From positions 30,178 to 82,432 of the forward strand of contig CAZUXE010000005.1 in the NCBI GenBank assembly GCA_964624585.1: 52,255 nucleotides of DNA, given 5' to 3'. This DNA comes from an uncultured bacterium (GTDB taxonomy: Bacteria > Hydrothermota > Tepidihabitantia > B3-TA06). The notes under the pieces are model-generated. The model was not told the origin of the DNA. It ran no database searches and was given only the letters and a program-made list of their open reading frames with translations. The position numbers were made by a program, and so were the translations under genes. Below, piece by piece: positions 1 through 9,392 of this stretch; within the stretch, counting starts at the first letter, position 1; each line of letters starts with the position of its first letter.

Positions 1-1403
1 GGTGTTACGGGAGGTGCGGAGGTGGTATCAGATAGGTTTAAGGAAAGTGTTTCAGCTGGTGTTTCCTGAAATGGCGGAAGAGCAATATTCAAACGAATAA
101 AATCCCCATTCTCAAGACTTAGCTGTCGTTTTAAGGTTAAATAACCCTGCTTTGAAAAAGTCAATGTGTAATCCGATGGAATTAAGGTAATCTTATAAAT
201 CCCCATGATATCCGTAAATAGCGGTTTAATATTCTGGCGATTGATTGAAACCTTCACATTTTTCAAAGGTTCTTTAGTAAGTGAATCTACAACTACTCCT
301 GAAATTTGAGCGCGTAACTCCTTGGACTTTGTCAAATAGAAATCTAGTACCTTAAGTTCGCCATCTTTAAGGGCTACCCCTTTTTCTTTCCATTTATAGC
401 CTGCTGCCTGCGCACGTATCCTGTAGACATCGGGGGTAAGGGAAAACTCGTAAGCACCGGTCAGCGAATCAACATAAACCGCCTTTAAGTTTTTACCAGG
501 GAAGGTAATCTGCGCTGGAAGCGCTGTTGCATTACTTGCATCCAAAACCTTACCTGTCAATCGCGCTAAAGGTTCTCGTGGAGGATCAATTATGTCAAAA
601 CAAGCGGTTGCACCCAGTTCTATTTTCCAAGGCTGAGCAGCTGAGTGCAATTTTATCGGCGCGGCTATATCAAAGCTAAGCCCCATAAAATCCATAACTT
701 GCGTCCTAAACCTAATCAAAGGAGCAATTGTTAGGCTGTCGAAAGATAAAGGAGCCGTCAGCAAAGGATTATTAGAAGCCTCAAGCGCCACATCAAGATA
801 GGGTAAGGGGGAGTATTGCAGGGCCAAAGCATAAGGCAGGGTAGGAACCGTGGCTGTAGTATCAAAAGATATGCCATAGCCCGCGTTGAGATTCAAAGCA
901 AAGAGCTTATTTACCTCAAGACCGGCAATTAATTTAGCATTCATTTCAGGAAAAGGCCCTGTGAGAGGATAACTATCGCTAGCCCAATAACTTGCCGTGG
1001 CAAATTGAGCCTGAAGCAAAAGTCCTGGAGAAAGAATTACATTATCTTTGGAACCGATGTAGAAAGGATAACCGCCTTTCAAAACAGGCGAAACCATAAT
1101 TGGCCCAAGGTAATAATTATTTTCGTCTTGCCTAAGCCCTTGAGCAGAAATAGCAAATGAGAATTCAAGGAATTTAGCAGGTGCAAAACCAATACCTGTA
1201 TAGAACTTTCCGTAAACAGCGTTGGTATAGCCTAGGGCTGCGTGAAAAGCATGGATAGTCAACAAGCCTTGTTCGGTACTTAAAGGATAAAAGACATCAA
1301 GAGCGCCGTTTTGCGCCCATCTATTAGAACCTGCCTGTAATGGGAAGCTTATTGATAATAAGAGCAATAGTGGTATTCCAAAAGCTCTTGATATTAACTT
1401 TAT
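1..1403 (-). CDS. Secreted/outer-membrane protein with two carboxypeptidase-regulatory-like (CarboxypepD_reg/PEGA-type) domains; 3' end runs off the window
   Basis: Not in the ORF track. My translation gives an open frame from 1442 to the window edge. N-terminus (M)KLISRAFGIPLLLLLSISFPLQA is a signal peptide, followed by a beta-rich region, then ARLTGKVLDASN...YRIRAQAAGY and AQISGVVVDSLTKEPLKNVKV...YTLTFSKQGY repeats. No ATG/GTG near the 5' end; ATA at 1403 is the proposed start. Confidence 0.7.
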   Translation of the reverse strand, partial: MKLISRAFGIPLLLLLSISFPLQAGSNRWAQNGALDVFYPLSTEQGLLTIHAFHAALGYTNAVYGKFYTGIGFAPAKFLEFSFAISAQGLRQDENNYYLGPIMVSPVLKGGYPFYIGSKDNVILSPGLLLQAQFATASYWASDSYPLTGPFPEMNAKLIAGLEVNKLFALNLNAGYGISFDTTATVPTLPYALALQYSPLPYLDVALEASNNPLLTAPLSFDSLTIAPLIRFRTQVMDFMGLSFDIAAPIKLHSAAQPWKIELGATACFDIIDPPREPLARLTGKVLDASNATALPAQITFPGKNLKAVYVDSLTGAYEFSLTPDVYRIRAQAAGYKWKEKGVALKDGELKVLDFYLTKSKELRAQISGVVVDSLTKEPLKNVKVSINRQNIKPLFTDIMGIYKITLIPSDYTLTFSKQGYLTLKRQLSLENGDFIRLNIALPPFQETPAETLSLNLSDTTSAPPVT

Positions 1404-1447
1404 TTTTACCTCAAACCTCCACAGCTTTGTCGGGTTTAAAGGTTAAA

Positions 1448-1519
1448 TAGCCCCAACGGGGATCGAACCCGTATCTTCACCTTGAAAGAGTGATGTCCTA
1501 ACCATTAGACGATGGGGCC
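1448..1519 (-). tRNA. tRNA-Glu (anticodon UUC), no encoded CCA
   Basis: Reverse complement folds as GGCCCCA...TCACT-CTTTCAA-GGTGA...GGTTCGATCC...TGGGGCT-A. Confidence 0.97.
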
Positions 1520-1530
1520 TAATTAAATTG

Positions 1531-3333
1531 TTAGCCGCCGTAGCGGAAATTTTTAGCTCGACGGTGATCCTTAACGTTATCTCTAACAAAAACTTCTTCT
1601 GATAGTTCATTCAACATATCAGTATATTCATTTTGAATCTCTTGCGAAGCAAACTCAGAACCTGGATCGAATGAGCGTTCTATACACTTAAAGAAACCAT
1701 AATACTCGCTGTCGCCCCACTTTACGGGACCTGCAGCTTCACCGGGCTGAAGCGCATAACATGCACCTGCAGTATTAGCTCCGTAACGAGTCTTCGCTTC
1801 AAAAAAGCTTGCAAACTCCAATCGTACTAAAGATACATGAGGCATATCTGCTAAGTCTTCAAACGACGCACCGTTCTCAAGTTTTCTTCTAATCTCAAAA
1901 GCGTACTCTCTTTGAACTTTTTTGCCTCTTTCTGTCAATATCCTGCTTATTATATAATTACGGTTACTGTCAAGAGGTGTTGTGGTTTGTTTTGCAATAT
2001 CTTCTGTATAAAAGATATAGTATGTTCCTCTGAATTCAGGGAATGGTTTACTTATGTCGCCTACTTTAGAATTAAAGGCGTATGTTTTAACTCCCTCCGA
2101 ATAAGGATAATTAGGTATAAGTACTTTGCTTTCCTTACGCACATATGGACCTACACGCGACGTAAGTTTGTATTGAATTATCAAAGAATCAATACTTTCC
2201 TTTTTTGCACGTTTCCTGAACTCTTCAATTTGAGCAAGAAGCTCTTCTCTGGCCTTAGCTCCAGGTTCCAATGGACGCACTACAAGGCGATAGGTAATTT
2301 CTTTAGGAGTACGTTTTTCAAGCTTGGCTATGTGCCACATACCTCTAAAGAAATACGGAGGTGCGTATTCACCTTCGGCGACATTAGAGAAAGCGTCGAA
2401 CTCAAGCTGAGTAAGCGCACCTATTTCACGAGTAACCACAAACGAAGAATCTTGGCCAAAATCTTTAGCTATCTTCTCAAAATCATATCCATTGTCGACA
2501 GCTTTGAATGCTTCGTCCATAGCCTCTTTCAATTGGTTTGAATCTTCGGCAGAGGGTTTAATGGTAAACCAAATAGTTCTTAATTGCCACCACTGCTTAC
2601 GTTCAAAATCATCAAGATGTTCTTTATAGTACGCTTTTATTTGCTCTTCTGTAACTGTTGAATCAAATTCGGGCAATTCGTATATTCTAAGGGCATCAAC
2701 AATCATCCGCGTTCCACCCCTTAGCTGGGCATTAACCTGCTGGGAACGAGTTAAACGAACACTATTGTTGATATCTATCGTCAGCTTCTCACGAGGTATA
2801 TCATAGTACAACTTGAGCATATGCTTTTGTATAATTCGTTTCTGCTTTTCAGTAATCTCTATTGTTCCGTTAAGGAGATTTTGATATTTTTCATAACTGA
2901 ACTTACCGTTAACAAAAAAGGTTGTGTCTTCTGTAAACTCCGGCGGAGGGGCCATAAAAACCCAATACTGTAATTCCTGTTCAGAAACAGGCGCCGGTTT
3001 TTCACGTCTCAGGGTTTCCACCCAAATCGCTTCTTGAATGGTTTTATCCCATGCTTGTTCAATAATTCTCTCACGTTGGCTTGGAGAAAGCCAGTCCCAC
3101 CTTTTCACTCCCACTTCCTCCGCAATTGAAGATAATTGGGCATCAAAATATCTTACACCTACAATCTGCTTTCCAACCTCCGCCAATACAGTATCCCGCG
3201 CGGCGCCTTTTCTCGCACGTAAACCGCGACCACCAGTAATGTTTGCCCCCCAACCTAAAATCATCATTCCCACAAACGCCACAATCACAATAATCATGAT
3301 AACGGTCGCTCTTTTTCGCATATTCATTATCAT
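1531..3333 (-). CDS. SurA/PpiD-type periplasmic chaperone, peptidyl-prolyl isomerase (SurA_N + rotamase)
   Basis: N-terminal TM anchor (VIMIIVIVAFVGMMILGWG), SurA_N-like helices, parvulin-like segments (FEKIAKDF, YSVGDISKPF-like); SD GGAGG upstream. Confidence 0.85.
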   Translation of the reverse strand: MIMNMRKRATVIMIIVIVAFVGMMILGWGANITGGRGLRARKGAARDTVLAEVGKQIVGVRYFDAQLSSIAEEVGVKRWDWLSPSQRERIIEQAWDKTIQEAIWVETLRREKPAPVSEQELQYWVFMAPPPEFTEDTTFFVNGKFSYEKYQNLLNGTIEITEKQKRIIQKHMLKLYYDIPREKLTIDINNSVRLTRSQQVNAQLRGGTRMIVDALRIYELPEFDSTVTEEQIKAYYKEHLDDFERKQWWQLRTIWFTIKPSAEDSNQLKEAMDEAFKAVDNGYDFEKIAKDFGQDSSFVVTREIGALTQLEFDAFSNVAEGEYAPPYFFRGMWHIAKLEKRTPKEITYRLVVRPLEPGAKAREELLAQIEEFRKRAKKESIDSLIIQYKLTSRVGPYVRKESKVLIPNYPYSEGVKTYAFNSKVGDISKPFPEFRGTYYIFYTEDIAKQTTTPLDSNRNYIISRILTERGKKVQREYAFEIRRKLENGASFEDLADMPHVSLVRLEFASFFEAKTRYGANTAGACYALQPGEAAGPVKWGDSEYYGFFKCIERSFDPGSEFASQEIQNEYTDMLNELSEEVFVRDNVKDHRRAKNFRYGG

Positions 3334-3371
3334 AAGTCAATTCCTCCGTCAATTACGAACAATAGTCCGTA

Positions 3372-3399
3372 ATTTTATTGCAATATGGATGAAAGTCAA
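3372..3399 (-). promoter_or_regulatory. sigma70-type promoter for surA/ppiD-tRNA-Glu
   Basis: TTGACT-N16-TAAAAT on the minus strand. Confidence 0.6.
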
Positions 3400-4128
3400 C
3401 TATCTTCCTCGTGAAAGCCTAAAGGCTAGCACCTCAGGCAACCTGGCTTTTTTAATCTTTTCCTGAGCTGCTTTAATATCATAGGCAAGCCTTATAAGGG
3501 AAATTTCATTTAAGTCCATATCAATACGCAAGTAACAGGAACGTGGGTCGCCGTCGCGTGGCTGCCCTACGCTGCCAACATTGACAAACACCCTTTCGGA
3601 TTCTAAGAATTTGGTATTGGTTTTGAAGATTTGCATCGGCCATTCGCCATTCGCTTTCTTAACAATAAACGGTACATGTGAATGGCCTACAATGCCCAAA
3701 GGTGATTGGTAGTTTTCAAACTCAGCTCCGGCGCGAGTAAGGCTTGAAACATATTCCCACAGTTCAGGCTGAGTAAAGTTTGCATGAGCAAGTGCAATTT
3801 TGTCTGTCTGTATTGTTAGGGGAAGGGATTTAAGGAATTGCAGGGATTGCTTGCTCAGCTTTTCTCTAGTCCAAATAATCGCTGTTTGCGCCGCATGGTT
3901 AAATTTATCAATAGGAGTTTTTTCAAGAACCCCTAAATCGTGATTACCTGCAACACATTGCGCGTTTATTTCTATAAGACGCTTGATACATTTTTCAGGA
4001 GATGCCCCATATCCTACTATATCACCTGCGACAAAGAAACTCTGCGCCCCCCAGCTTGCAGCATCTTCAAGAACCGCGTCAAGTGCGTCGATATTTGAAT
4101 GGATATCTGAAAATACCGCAACGCGCAT
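3400..4128 (-). CDS. Metallophosphoesterase family protein (calcineurin-like, YfcE/MJ0912 type)
   Basis: Motifs DIHSN, GDIVGYG, GNHD, GHSH, NVGSVGQPRDGDPR. Confidence 0.92.
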   Translation of the reverse strand: MRVAVFSDIHSNIDALDAVLEDAASWGAQSFFVAGDIVGYGASPEKCIKRLIEINAQCVAGNHDLGVLEKTPIDKFNHAAQTAIIWTREKLSKQSLQFLKSLPLTIQTDKIALAHANFTQPELWEYVSSLTRAGAEFENYQSPLGIVGHSHVPFIVKKANGEWPMQIFKTNTKFLESERVFVNVGSVGQPRDGDPRSCYLRIDMDLNEISLIRLAYDIKAAQEKIKKARLPEVLAFRLSRGR

Positions 4129-4131
4129 ATT

Positions 4132-4551
4132 TCATTCCGCGGCTCTTATTTCTCTTTTATAAAGGGAATCAATAACGCCGTTAACAAACCTTGCCGCCCC
4201 TTCAGTACCGTAGAACCTTGCCAGTTCAACAGCTTCATCAATAGATACCTTGGGAGGAATTTCAGGAAAACAAAGCAATTCGCAGCTGGCCAAACGCAGA
4301 ATCGCCCTGTCTACAAACGAAAGACGCTCAAGCTTCCAATCGGTTAAAGAACGGGAAATCATTGCGTCAATCCGCTCTATTTCATTCATGGTATTTTTAA
4401 CCAATGAACGCAAATACGCGGCAGATTCCCCACTAAGCCTTCGCCTTTTTATTACCTCATCCAGCACTTCTTGAGTTTCAACCTTGATTAAATCAATACG
4501 GTAGAGAATTTCCACCGCCGCTATACGGGCGCGAGTCCGCGTTCCCTTCAT
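4132..4551 (-). CDS. nusB: Transcription antitermination factor NusB
   Basis: RTRARIAAVEILY, WKLERLSFVDRAILRL, IDEAVELARFYG, FVNGVID; follows ribH as commonly seen. Alternative TTG start at 4566. Confidence 0.95.
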   Translation of the reverse strand: MKGTRTRARIAAVEILYRIDLIKVETQEVLDEVIKRRRLSGESAAYLRSLVKNTMNEIERIDAMISRSLTDWKLERLSFVDRAILRLASCELLCFPEIPPKVSIDEAVELARFYGTEGAARFVNGVIDSLYKREIRAAE

Positions 4552-4591
4552 ACCGCCTGTTTTCAAAAGATTCTATCCTTCAGTAAAGAAA

Positions 4592-5053
4592 CTAATTCTC
4601 TCTGGCCAAATTAGCCATCTCTATAGCTGCCAGAGCCGCATCCCAACCGCGGTTACCTTGCTTGACTCCAGCACGTTCAAGAGCCTGCTCTGTTGAATCT
4701 GCGGTTACTATACCATATATAACGGGCTTTTCAAACTGTAAACCCAAAACGGCAATTCCCTTGGCCGCTTCTGAGGCAACGAACTCAAAATGAGGCGTTT
4801 CACCTCTTACCACAGCACCTATGCAAATAACAGCATCAATTTCATTATTTTTAGCCATTAGCCGTGCGGCATGAGGAATCTCAAATGTTCCAGGAACGTA
4901 ACTTACCTCAAGAGAGGCGGCTTTATGACGTTCCAGGCAATCAATTGCGCCTTCAAGAAGAGTTTTGGTTATCCTCTCATTAAAACGCGAAACAACTATG
5001 CCGAATTTAAGGCCTTCGGCATTAAGCGAACCCTTTTTTTCTTCTATTTTCAT
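4592..5053 (-). CDS. ribH: 6,7-dimethyl-8-ribityllumazine synthase
   Basis: IVVSRFNERIT, VPGTFEIP, GAVVRGETPHFEFV, NRGWDAALAAIEM. Confidence 0.97.
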   Translation of the reverse strand: MKIEEKKGSLNAEGLKFGIVVSRFNERITKTLLEGAIDCLERHKAASLEVSYVPGTFEIPHAARLMAKNNEIDAVICIGAVVRGETPHFEFVASEAAKGIAVLGLQFEKPVIYGIVTADSTEQALERAGVKQGNRGWDAALAAIEMANLAREN

Positions 5054-5102
5054 TTCTCATTCCTTTTCAAATTCCATAAAGGTTTCACACCGCCTGGCAT
5101 TC

Positions 5103-5324
5103 TTACTCCTTTATTGACTTTCTTGAAGGCGTATGTTCCATTTTCATGTATACGCCACCAGTCTTCAACTCTTCAAGCATCTGATTAAGTCTTTTTTGCT
5201 TCGTCTCCTGCCTTTTTGCCCTTTCAATCCAAGCGATGTAGTCGTTCTGCTGGTATGGTGGTCGACGCTTATAATCATCCATTAGACAAAGGCTTATCAA
5301 TTGCTCTTCAATGTAGCTCGGCAT
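5103..5324 (-). CDS. YdeI/OmpD-associated family small protein (possibly 5'-truncated by an in-frame TGA)
   Basis: RPPYQQNDYIAWIERAKRQETKQKRLNQMLEEL...GGVYMKM matches my recollection of the family; in-frame upstream ATG at 5345 is separated by TGA at 5333-5331. Confidence 0.75.
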   Translation of the reverse strand: MPSYIEEQLISLCLMDDYKRRPPYQQNDYIAWIERAKRQETKQKRLNQMLEELKTGGVYMKMEHTPSRKSIKE

Positions 5325-5443
5325 TGGGTTTCATGCACGCTTCATATAGTTCCCACTAGCCTTTTTTATTATACCTAAAATTTAATTTATAACATGCAAC
5401 AGAGCAGAAATCCAGTACAGTGATTGTTCTGTTAATGATTTCA

Positions 5444-6688
5444 TCAATCATTATTTTTTTCTTTTTTCTCTTCAAAATTTTCCAATATGTGTCCCATTCT
5501 GTCCCTTTTTGTCTCAAGATAAAATTTATTTAGTTCATGCGGGGTAACAGATATGGGAATCCTTTCCAAAACTTTCAGCCCATAGCCTTCAAGACCAATT
5601 CTTTTAGCCGGATTATTAGTCATCAAACGAATACTTGAAAGCCCAAGATCGCTGAGTATTTGAGCGCCTATGCCATAATCTCTGGCATCAGGCGGAAATC
5701 CTATAGCAACATTTGCATCCAGAGTATCCAAACCTTGGTCTTGCAAACGATAACAGACCAATTTGTTTAAGAGACCAATGCCGCGCCCTTCCTGACGCAT
5801 GTAGACCAATACCCCAAGACCTTCCTTTTCAATGCGTCGCATTGCCTCTGAGAGTTGATCACCGCAATCACAGCGCCCTGAACCGAAAACATCACCTGTA
5901 AGACACTGTGAATGCACCCGAACAAGAACGTTTTCCTTCCCTGCCACATCACCTTTTACCACTGCCAAATGATGGTCACCTTCTATTAAGGTTTCGTATA
6001 TAATAAGGTTAAATTCCCCGTATCGGGTTGGCAGTGGGGTTGAAAAAAGCCTTTTGACCAACTTTTCCCGCTTGCGCCTGTATTCAATTAAGTCTTTAAT
6101 ACTTATAAGCTTAAGGTTATGCTCCTCAGCAAACTCAATTAATTTAGGTAGCCTTGCCATAGAGCCGTCAGAATCCATTATTTCGCATAACAGACCAGCA
6201 GGTTTAAGACCGGCCAATTTAGCTAAATCCACCGCCGCTTCGGTGTGACCAGTTCGGCGAAGAACCCCTCCTTTTTTCGCAACTAGAGGGAAAATATGAC
6301 CAGGGCGAGCAAGATCTTGTGGGCGAGTTGAAGGGTCAACCAAAGAAAGAATAGTTCTAGCCCTATCGAAAGCTGAAATACCTGTGGTTGTACCGTGCTT
6401 GTAGTCCACTGATACTGTAAATGCCGTTTCGTGTTTTTCGGTATTACGTTCAACCATCAAAGGAAGGTCCAATTCAGCCGCTCGCTCCTCGGTTATAGGC
6501 GCACAAAGCAGTCCCCTTCCGTATTTCACAATAAAATTAATCATCTCAGGGGTTGCCTTTTCAGCAGCTGCAATAAGATCGCCTTCGTTTTCCCTATCCT
6601 CATCATCAACTACTACTAAAAGATTACCCAGTTTTATCTCTTCAATAGCTTCTTCAATTGAAGCAAATCTGTTCTTAGAGAATTTCAT
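5444..6688 (-). CDS. ribBA: Bifunctional 3,4-dihydroxy-2-butanone-4-phosphate synthase / GTP cyclohydrolase II
   Basis: [59 protein letters not shown]; start at ATG 6688 behind SD GGGAG. Confidence 0.97.
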   Translation of the reverse strand: MKFSKNRFASIEEAIEEIKLGNLLVVVDDEDRENEGDLIAAAEKATPEMINFIVKYGRGLLCAPITEERAAELDLPLMVERNTEKHETAFTVSVDYKHGTTTGISAFDRARTILSLVDPSTRPQDLARPGHIFPLVAKKGGVLRRTGHTEAAVDLAKLAGLKPAGLLCEIMDSDGSMARLPKLIEFAEEHNLKLISIKDLIEYRRKREKLVKRLFSTPLPTRYGEFNLIIYETLIEGDHHLAVVKGDVAGKENVLVRVHSQCLTGDVFGSGRCDCGDQLSEAMRRIEKEGLGVLVYMRQEGRGIGLLNKLVCYRLQDQGLDTLDANVAIGFPPDARDYGIGAQILSDLGLSSIRLMTNNPAKRIGLEGYGLKVLERIPISVTPHELNKFYLETKRDRMGHILENFEEKKEKNND

Positions 6689-6702
6689 CTTGCTCCCGTT
6701 AT

Positions 6703-7731
6703 TCACAATTTCTTTCCGTACCACGACTTTGTGTATTCCTTAAAACGCTTATCTTCACGGCGAAGCTTCCAAAAACGGGTGTTGTTTTTGTACCATTCTA
6801 TTGTTTCATCAAGACCCTTTTCAAAATCCATAGCAGGTTTCCAGCCCAGTAGTTTTTTCGCTTTAGCAGAACGACAAATAAGCTTGGCTACATGACCGGG
6901 TCTATCAGAATGCGTCTTTAGAAGGGTTTCCGGTTTGCCCAAATTATTAAGTATACGTTTGGCAATCCAGTTTATTGAAAAGCTTCTTCCGGTACCCCCG
7001 TTTATCTCCTCACCTACAATGGAAATAAAATCTTCGGCATAGAGCGCTGCTTCAATTAAAGAAGCGCCATCTTTAACCCACAACCAATCCCTTTCAGCTC
7101 CTCCTGCACCGTATATATACAGAGGTAAGTTAAGCAAAGCGTTGGTTGCAAAAAAAGGAATTAACTTCTCAACGTGTTGTCTTGGGCCGTACATATTGAA
7201 TAGACGAAAAATAACAACCGGCAGTTTATAGGTACGGAAAAAAGAATAGGCCAATCTGTCAGCCCCTGCCTTAGTTGCCGCGTAAGGCGACTGGGGAGCC
7301 AGAGGATGTGTTTCATCCATAGGTTCTTTTCTAGCCGAACCGTAAACTTCACTTGTGGAAAGATGGATAACCCGTTTGATTTTGGACTGCGATAGGAATT
7401 CAAACAGATGGGCGGAAGAAACAAAGTCATTTTTTACAAATGTATCTATGGTAAGAATAGAGCGGTCCACGTGGGTTTCTGCCGCCATATGTACAACAGA
7501 ATCGACTTCTGGAATAATTTTTGCAAGAATCTGCTTATTACCTGCATCACCGCGTATAAAACGAAAGTTGCTGTCCTTGCGACAGTTAGGCGGTATGGTG
7601 TCCAAACGACCTGGATAGAGTAATTTATCTAATACAAAAACCTTGCAGTTACCTTTTGCAAGCAGAGCCTCAACAAGATGAGAACCAACAAAGCCGGCTC
7701 CTCCGGTTATAAGAACAGCCCTTTTTTTCAT
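6703..7731 (-). CDS. rfbB: dTDP-glucose 4,6-dehydratase family NDP-sugar dehydratase
   Basis: [39 protein letters not shown]; start at ATG 7731 coupled to the upstream stop. Confidence 0.85.
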   Translation of the reverse strand: MKKRAVLITGGAGFVGSHLVEALLAKGNCKVFVLDKLLYPGRLDTIPPNCRKDSNFRFIRGDAGNKQILAKIIPEVDSVVHMAAETHVDRSILTIDTFVKNDFVSSAHLFEFLSQSKIKRVIHLSTSEVYGSARKEPMDETHPLAPQSPYAATKAGADRLAYSFFRTYKLPVVIFRLFNMYGPRQHVEKLIPFFATNALLNLPLYIYGAGGAERDWLWVKDGASLIEAALYAEDFISIVGEEINGGTGRSFSINWIAKRILNNLGKPETLLKTHSDRPGHVAKLICRSAKAKKLLGWKPAMDFEKGLDETIEWYKNNTRFWKLRREDKRFKEYTKSWYGKKL

Positions 7732-8192
7732 CCGTCCTTCCTTGACCAATCGTAGGGAATTTCTGTAGAGTGTGGAGCAACCCTGTGTTCATCAGGATTT
7801 TCGTAATCATAAAGTTCTGTTGGAACATTTATAAACATAGCAGGCTCAGGACTAATTCCCTTCATGCCGTGCATTACTCCTGGAGGAATTGAAACAAGCA
7901 GAGGGTTTTTATCTCCAATAAAAAGTTCCACAATATTACCCTTAGTTTTGGAATCTTCCCGTGCATCATAAAGCACTAACTTAGCCATCCCCTTTATTAC
8001 GCACATGTTATCGCGTTGAACTTTGTGATAATGCCAGCCCTTAACCACCCCAGGGTATGCAACGGATAAGTAAACCTGCCCGAATTTTTCAAAAAAACTG
8101 TCATCTGCACGCATAATTTCCATAAGCCAACCCCGCTCGTCAGGTATCACACGCAGGGATTTTATCCTAAGACCTTCAATTTTATTCTCCAT
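7728..8192 (-). CDS. rfbC: dTDP-4-dehydrorhamnose 3,5-epimerase family protein (cupin)
   Basis: IPDERGWLME, PGVVKGWHYH, IPPGVMHG. Confidence 0.85.
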   Translation of the reverse strand: MENKIEGLRIKSLRVIPDERGWLMEIMRADDSFFEKFGQVYLSVAYPGVVKGWHYHKVQRDNMCVIKGMAKLVLYDAREDSKTKGNIVELFIGDKNPLLVSIPPGVMHGMKGISPEPAMFINVPTELYDYENPDEHRVAPHSTEIPYDWSRKDG

Positions 8193-8201
8193 AATAGCCT
8201 A

Positions 8202-8229
8202 AGTTTAGGCTGCTTTACAAATAAGTCAA
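8202..8229 (-). promoter_or_regulatory. sigma70-type promoter for the rfbC...nusB operon
   Basis: TTGACT-N16-TAAACT, 9 nt before the rfbC ATG; the -10 lies inside the palindrome AGCCTAA-GT-TTAGGCT. Confidence 0.55.
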
Positions 8230-8427
8230 CACCAAGGCCAAGAAATTTAGGAAAGTTTGCTAAACTTCTATTTAGACGATAATTTATAATAATCGCCTTT
8301 TTACAAGTCGCAGGACAAAGCTTTCAGAACTTCGGTTTAGAGCATAGCTTATAATAATTATCAATTATCCCTTACAAGAATCAAAGGGCTACTATTTGCA
8401 TAGCAACAATCTAGCACAGTGGTGTAT

Positions 8428-9117
8428 TTAGTATCGTTCTTCCTTTGTTCCTGAATTATAGGCATAAGCGATACCAAAACAAAAACCTTTGAAGGCCGGA
8501 CTGCCGTTAAACCTTAAGTCACCTGCTTCAAACTCCATAGGGAGAAAATCAACTCCGGCATAGATATGAGCGCCTGCAAATGGATGAAGATTCACGAATA
8601 ATGTTCGAGGTATCACAAGGTAAGTTGTTTGAATACCGAATGTTACAACTTCGTAGCCTGTTTTGGTGCATATTCCAATCATAGGAGTAACCGATGCGAT
8701 ATTGGGAAAATCAAGGTCAATGCGTATTGCCGAATTAACCGTTCTTTTCTCTAAGGTCGCAAACTTGAAACCGATACCAACCATAGGAATAGGAAAGTTT
8801 ATACGGGCTGAGTCATTATCGTTGTCATCTGTTTCCTGCCAACTTATAGTTGGTGAAACTATTCCGCCAAAACGTCCTTCAAAGCTGAATGTTTCCGAGA
8901 CTCCGTTACTTATAATGAACTCTGGCCTGAATCCATTAAAGCTTCCTTGAGCTTTCCAGGCGTTTACCCATTCTCCAGAACGTTCCCCTGTCTGGTAAGC
9001 TATGCCTGCTCCGATGCTTAAACCTCTTGGGGTGTTGACTGTATTGTAGATAGGTGCGGATATGCAACCTATAGTCAAGGGTAAACCCAATAGTAGTAGA
9101 TATTTTACGAACTTCAC
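8428..9117 (-). CDS. Hypothetical lipoprotein with beta-strand-rich, outer-membrane-like body
   Basis: Lipoprotein signal MKFVKYLLLLGLPLTIG-C, amphipathic strands, terminal FCFGIAYAY; SD GGAGG and own promoter. Confidence 0.7.
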   Translation of the reverse strand: MKFVKYLLLLGLPLTIGCISAPIYNTVNTPRGLSIGAGIAYQTGERSGEWVNAWKAQGSFNGFRPEFIISNGVSETFSFEGRFGGIVSPTISWQETDDNDNDSARINFPIPMVGIGFKFATLEKRTVNSAIRIDLDFPNIASVTPMIGICTKTGYEVVTFGIQTTYLVIPRTLFVNLHPFAGAHIYAGVDFLPMEFEAGDLRFNGSPAFKGFCFGIAYAYNSGTKEERY

Positions 9118-9134
9118 AATGCCTCCTAATAACT

Positions 9135-9164
9135 ATTATAACCCCTAAGTATATGCTATGTCAA
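9135..9164 (-). promoter_or_regulatory. sigma70-type promoter for the 8428-9117 gene
   Basis: TTGACA-N18-TATAAT. Confidence 0.6.
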
Positions 9165-9358
9165 GGGTTTTACAGCCTTAAGTCAGCTAATCGCTTTGAT
9201 TAAGGGATACAGCCAAAAACAAAGATAGTTTGGAAACAAAACTCTTTAGATATTCTCCACTGTTATTGAAATTAGGGATTTTTTTGAGGAGTGGAAAGAA
9301 CTTTTTCAATTAGATAATTAGTTTAGACGCATTGACTCTTTGCCTGATAAGGTTTTTC

Positions 9359-9386
9359 TTGACAGCACTAATAAGCCGATTAATAT
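9359..9386 (+). promoter_or_regulatory. sigma70-type promoter for dnaE (leaderless geometry)
   Basis: TTGACA-N16-TAATAT, then 6 nt to the ATG at 9393; no SD. Confidence 0.6.
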
Positions 9387-9392
9387 CACCTC

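Noticed and set aside
5331-5333. UGA as selenocysteine or genetic-code reassignment
   Set aside because: The position is not a Cys-type site, no SECIS-like hairpin follows, and TGA is used as a normal stop elsewhere (e.g. nusB, ribBA, leuC-like).
6689-6702. FMN riboswitch before ribBA
   Set aside because: Only 14 nt separate rfbB and ribBA, and no RFN motif is visible.
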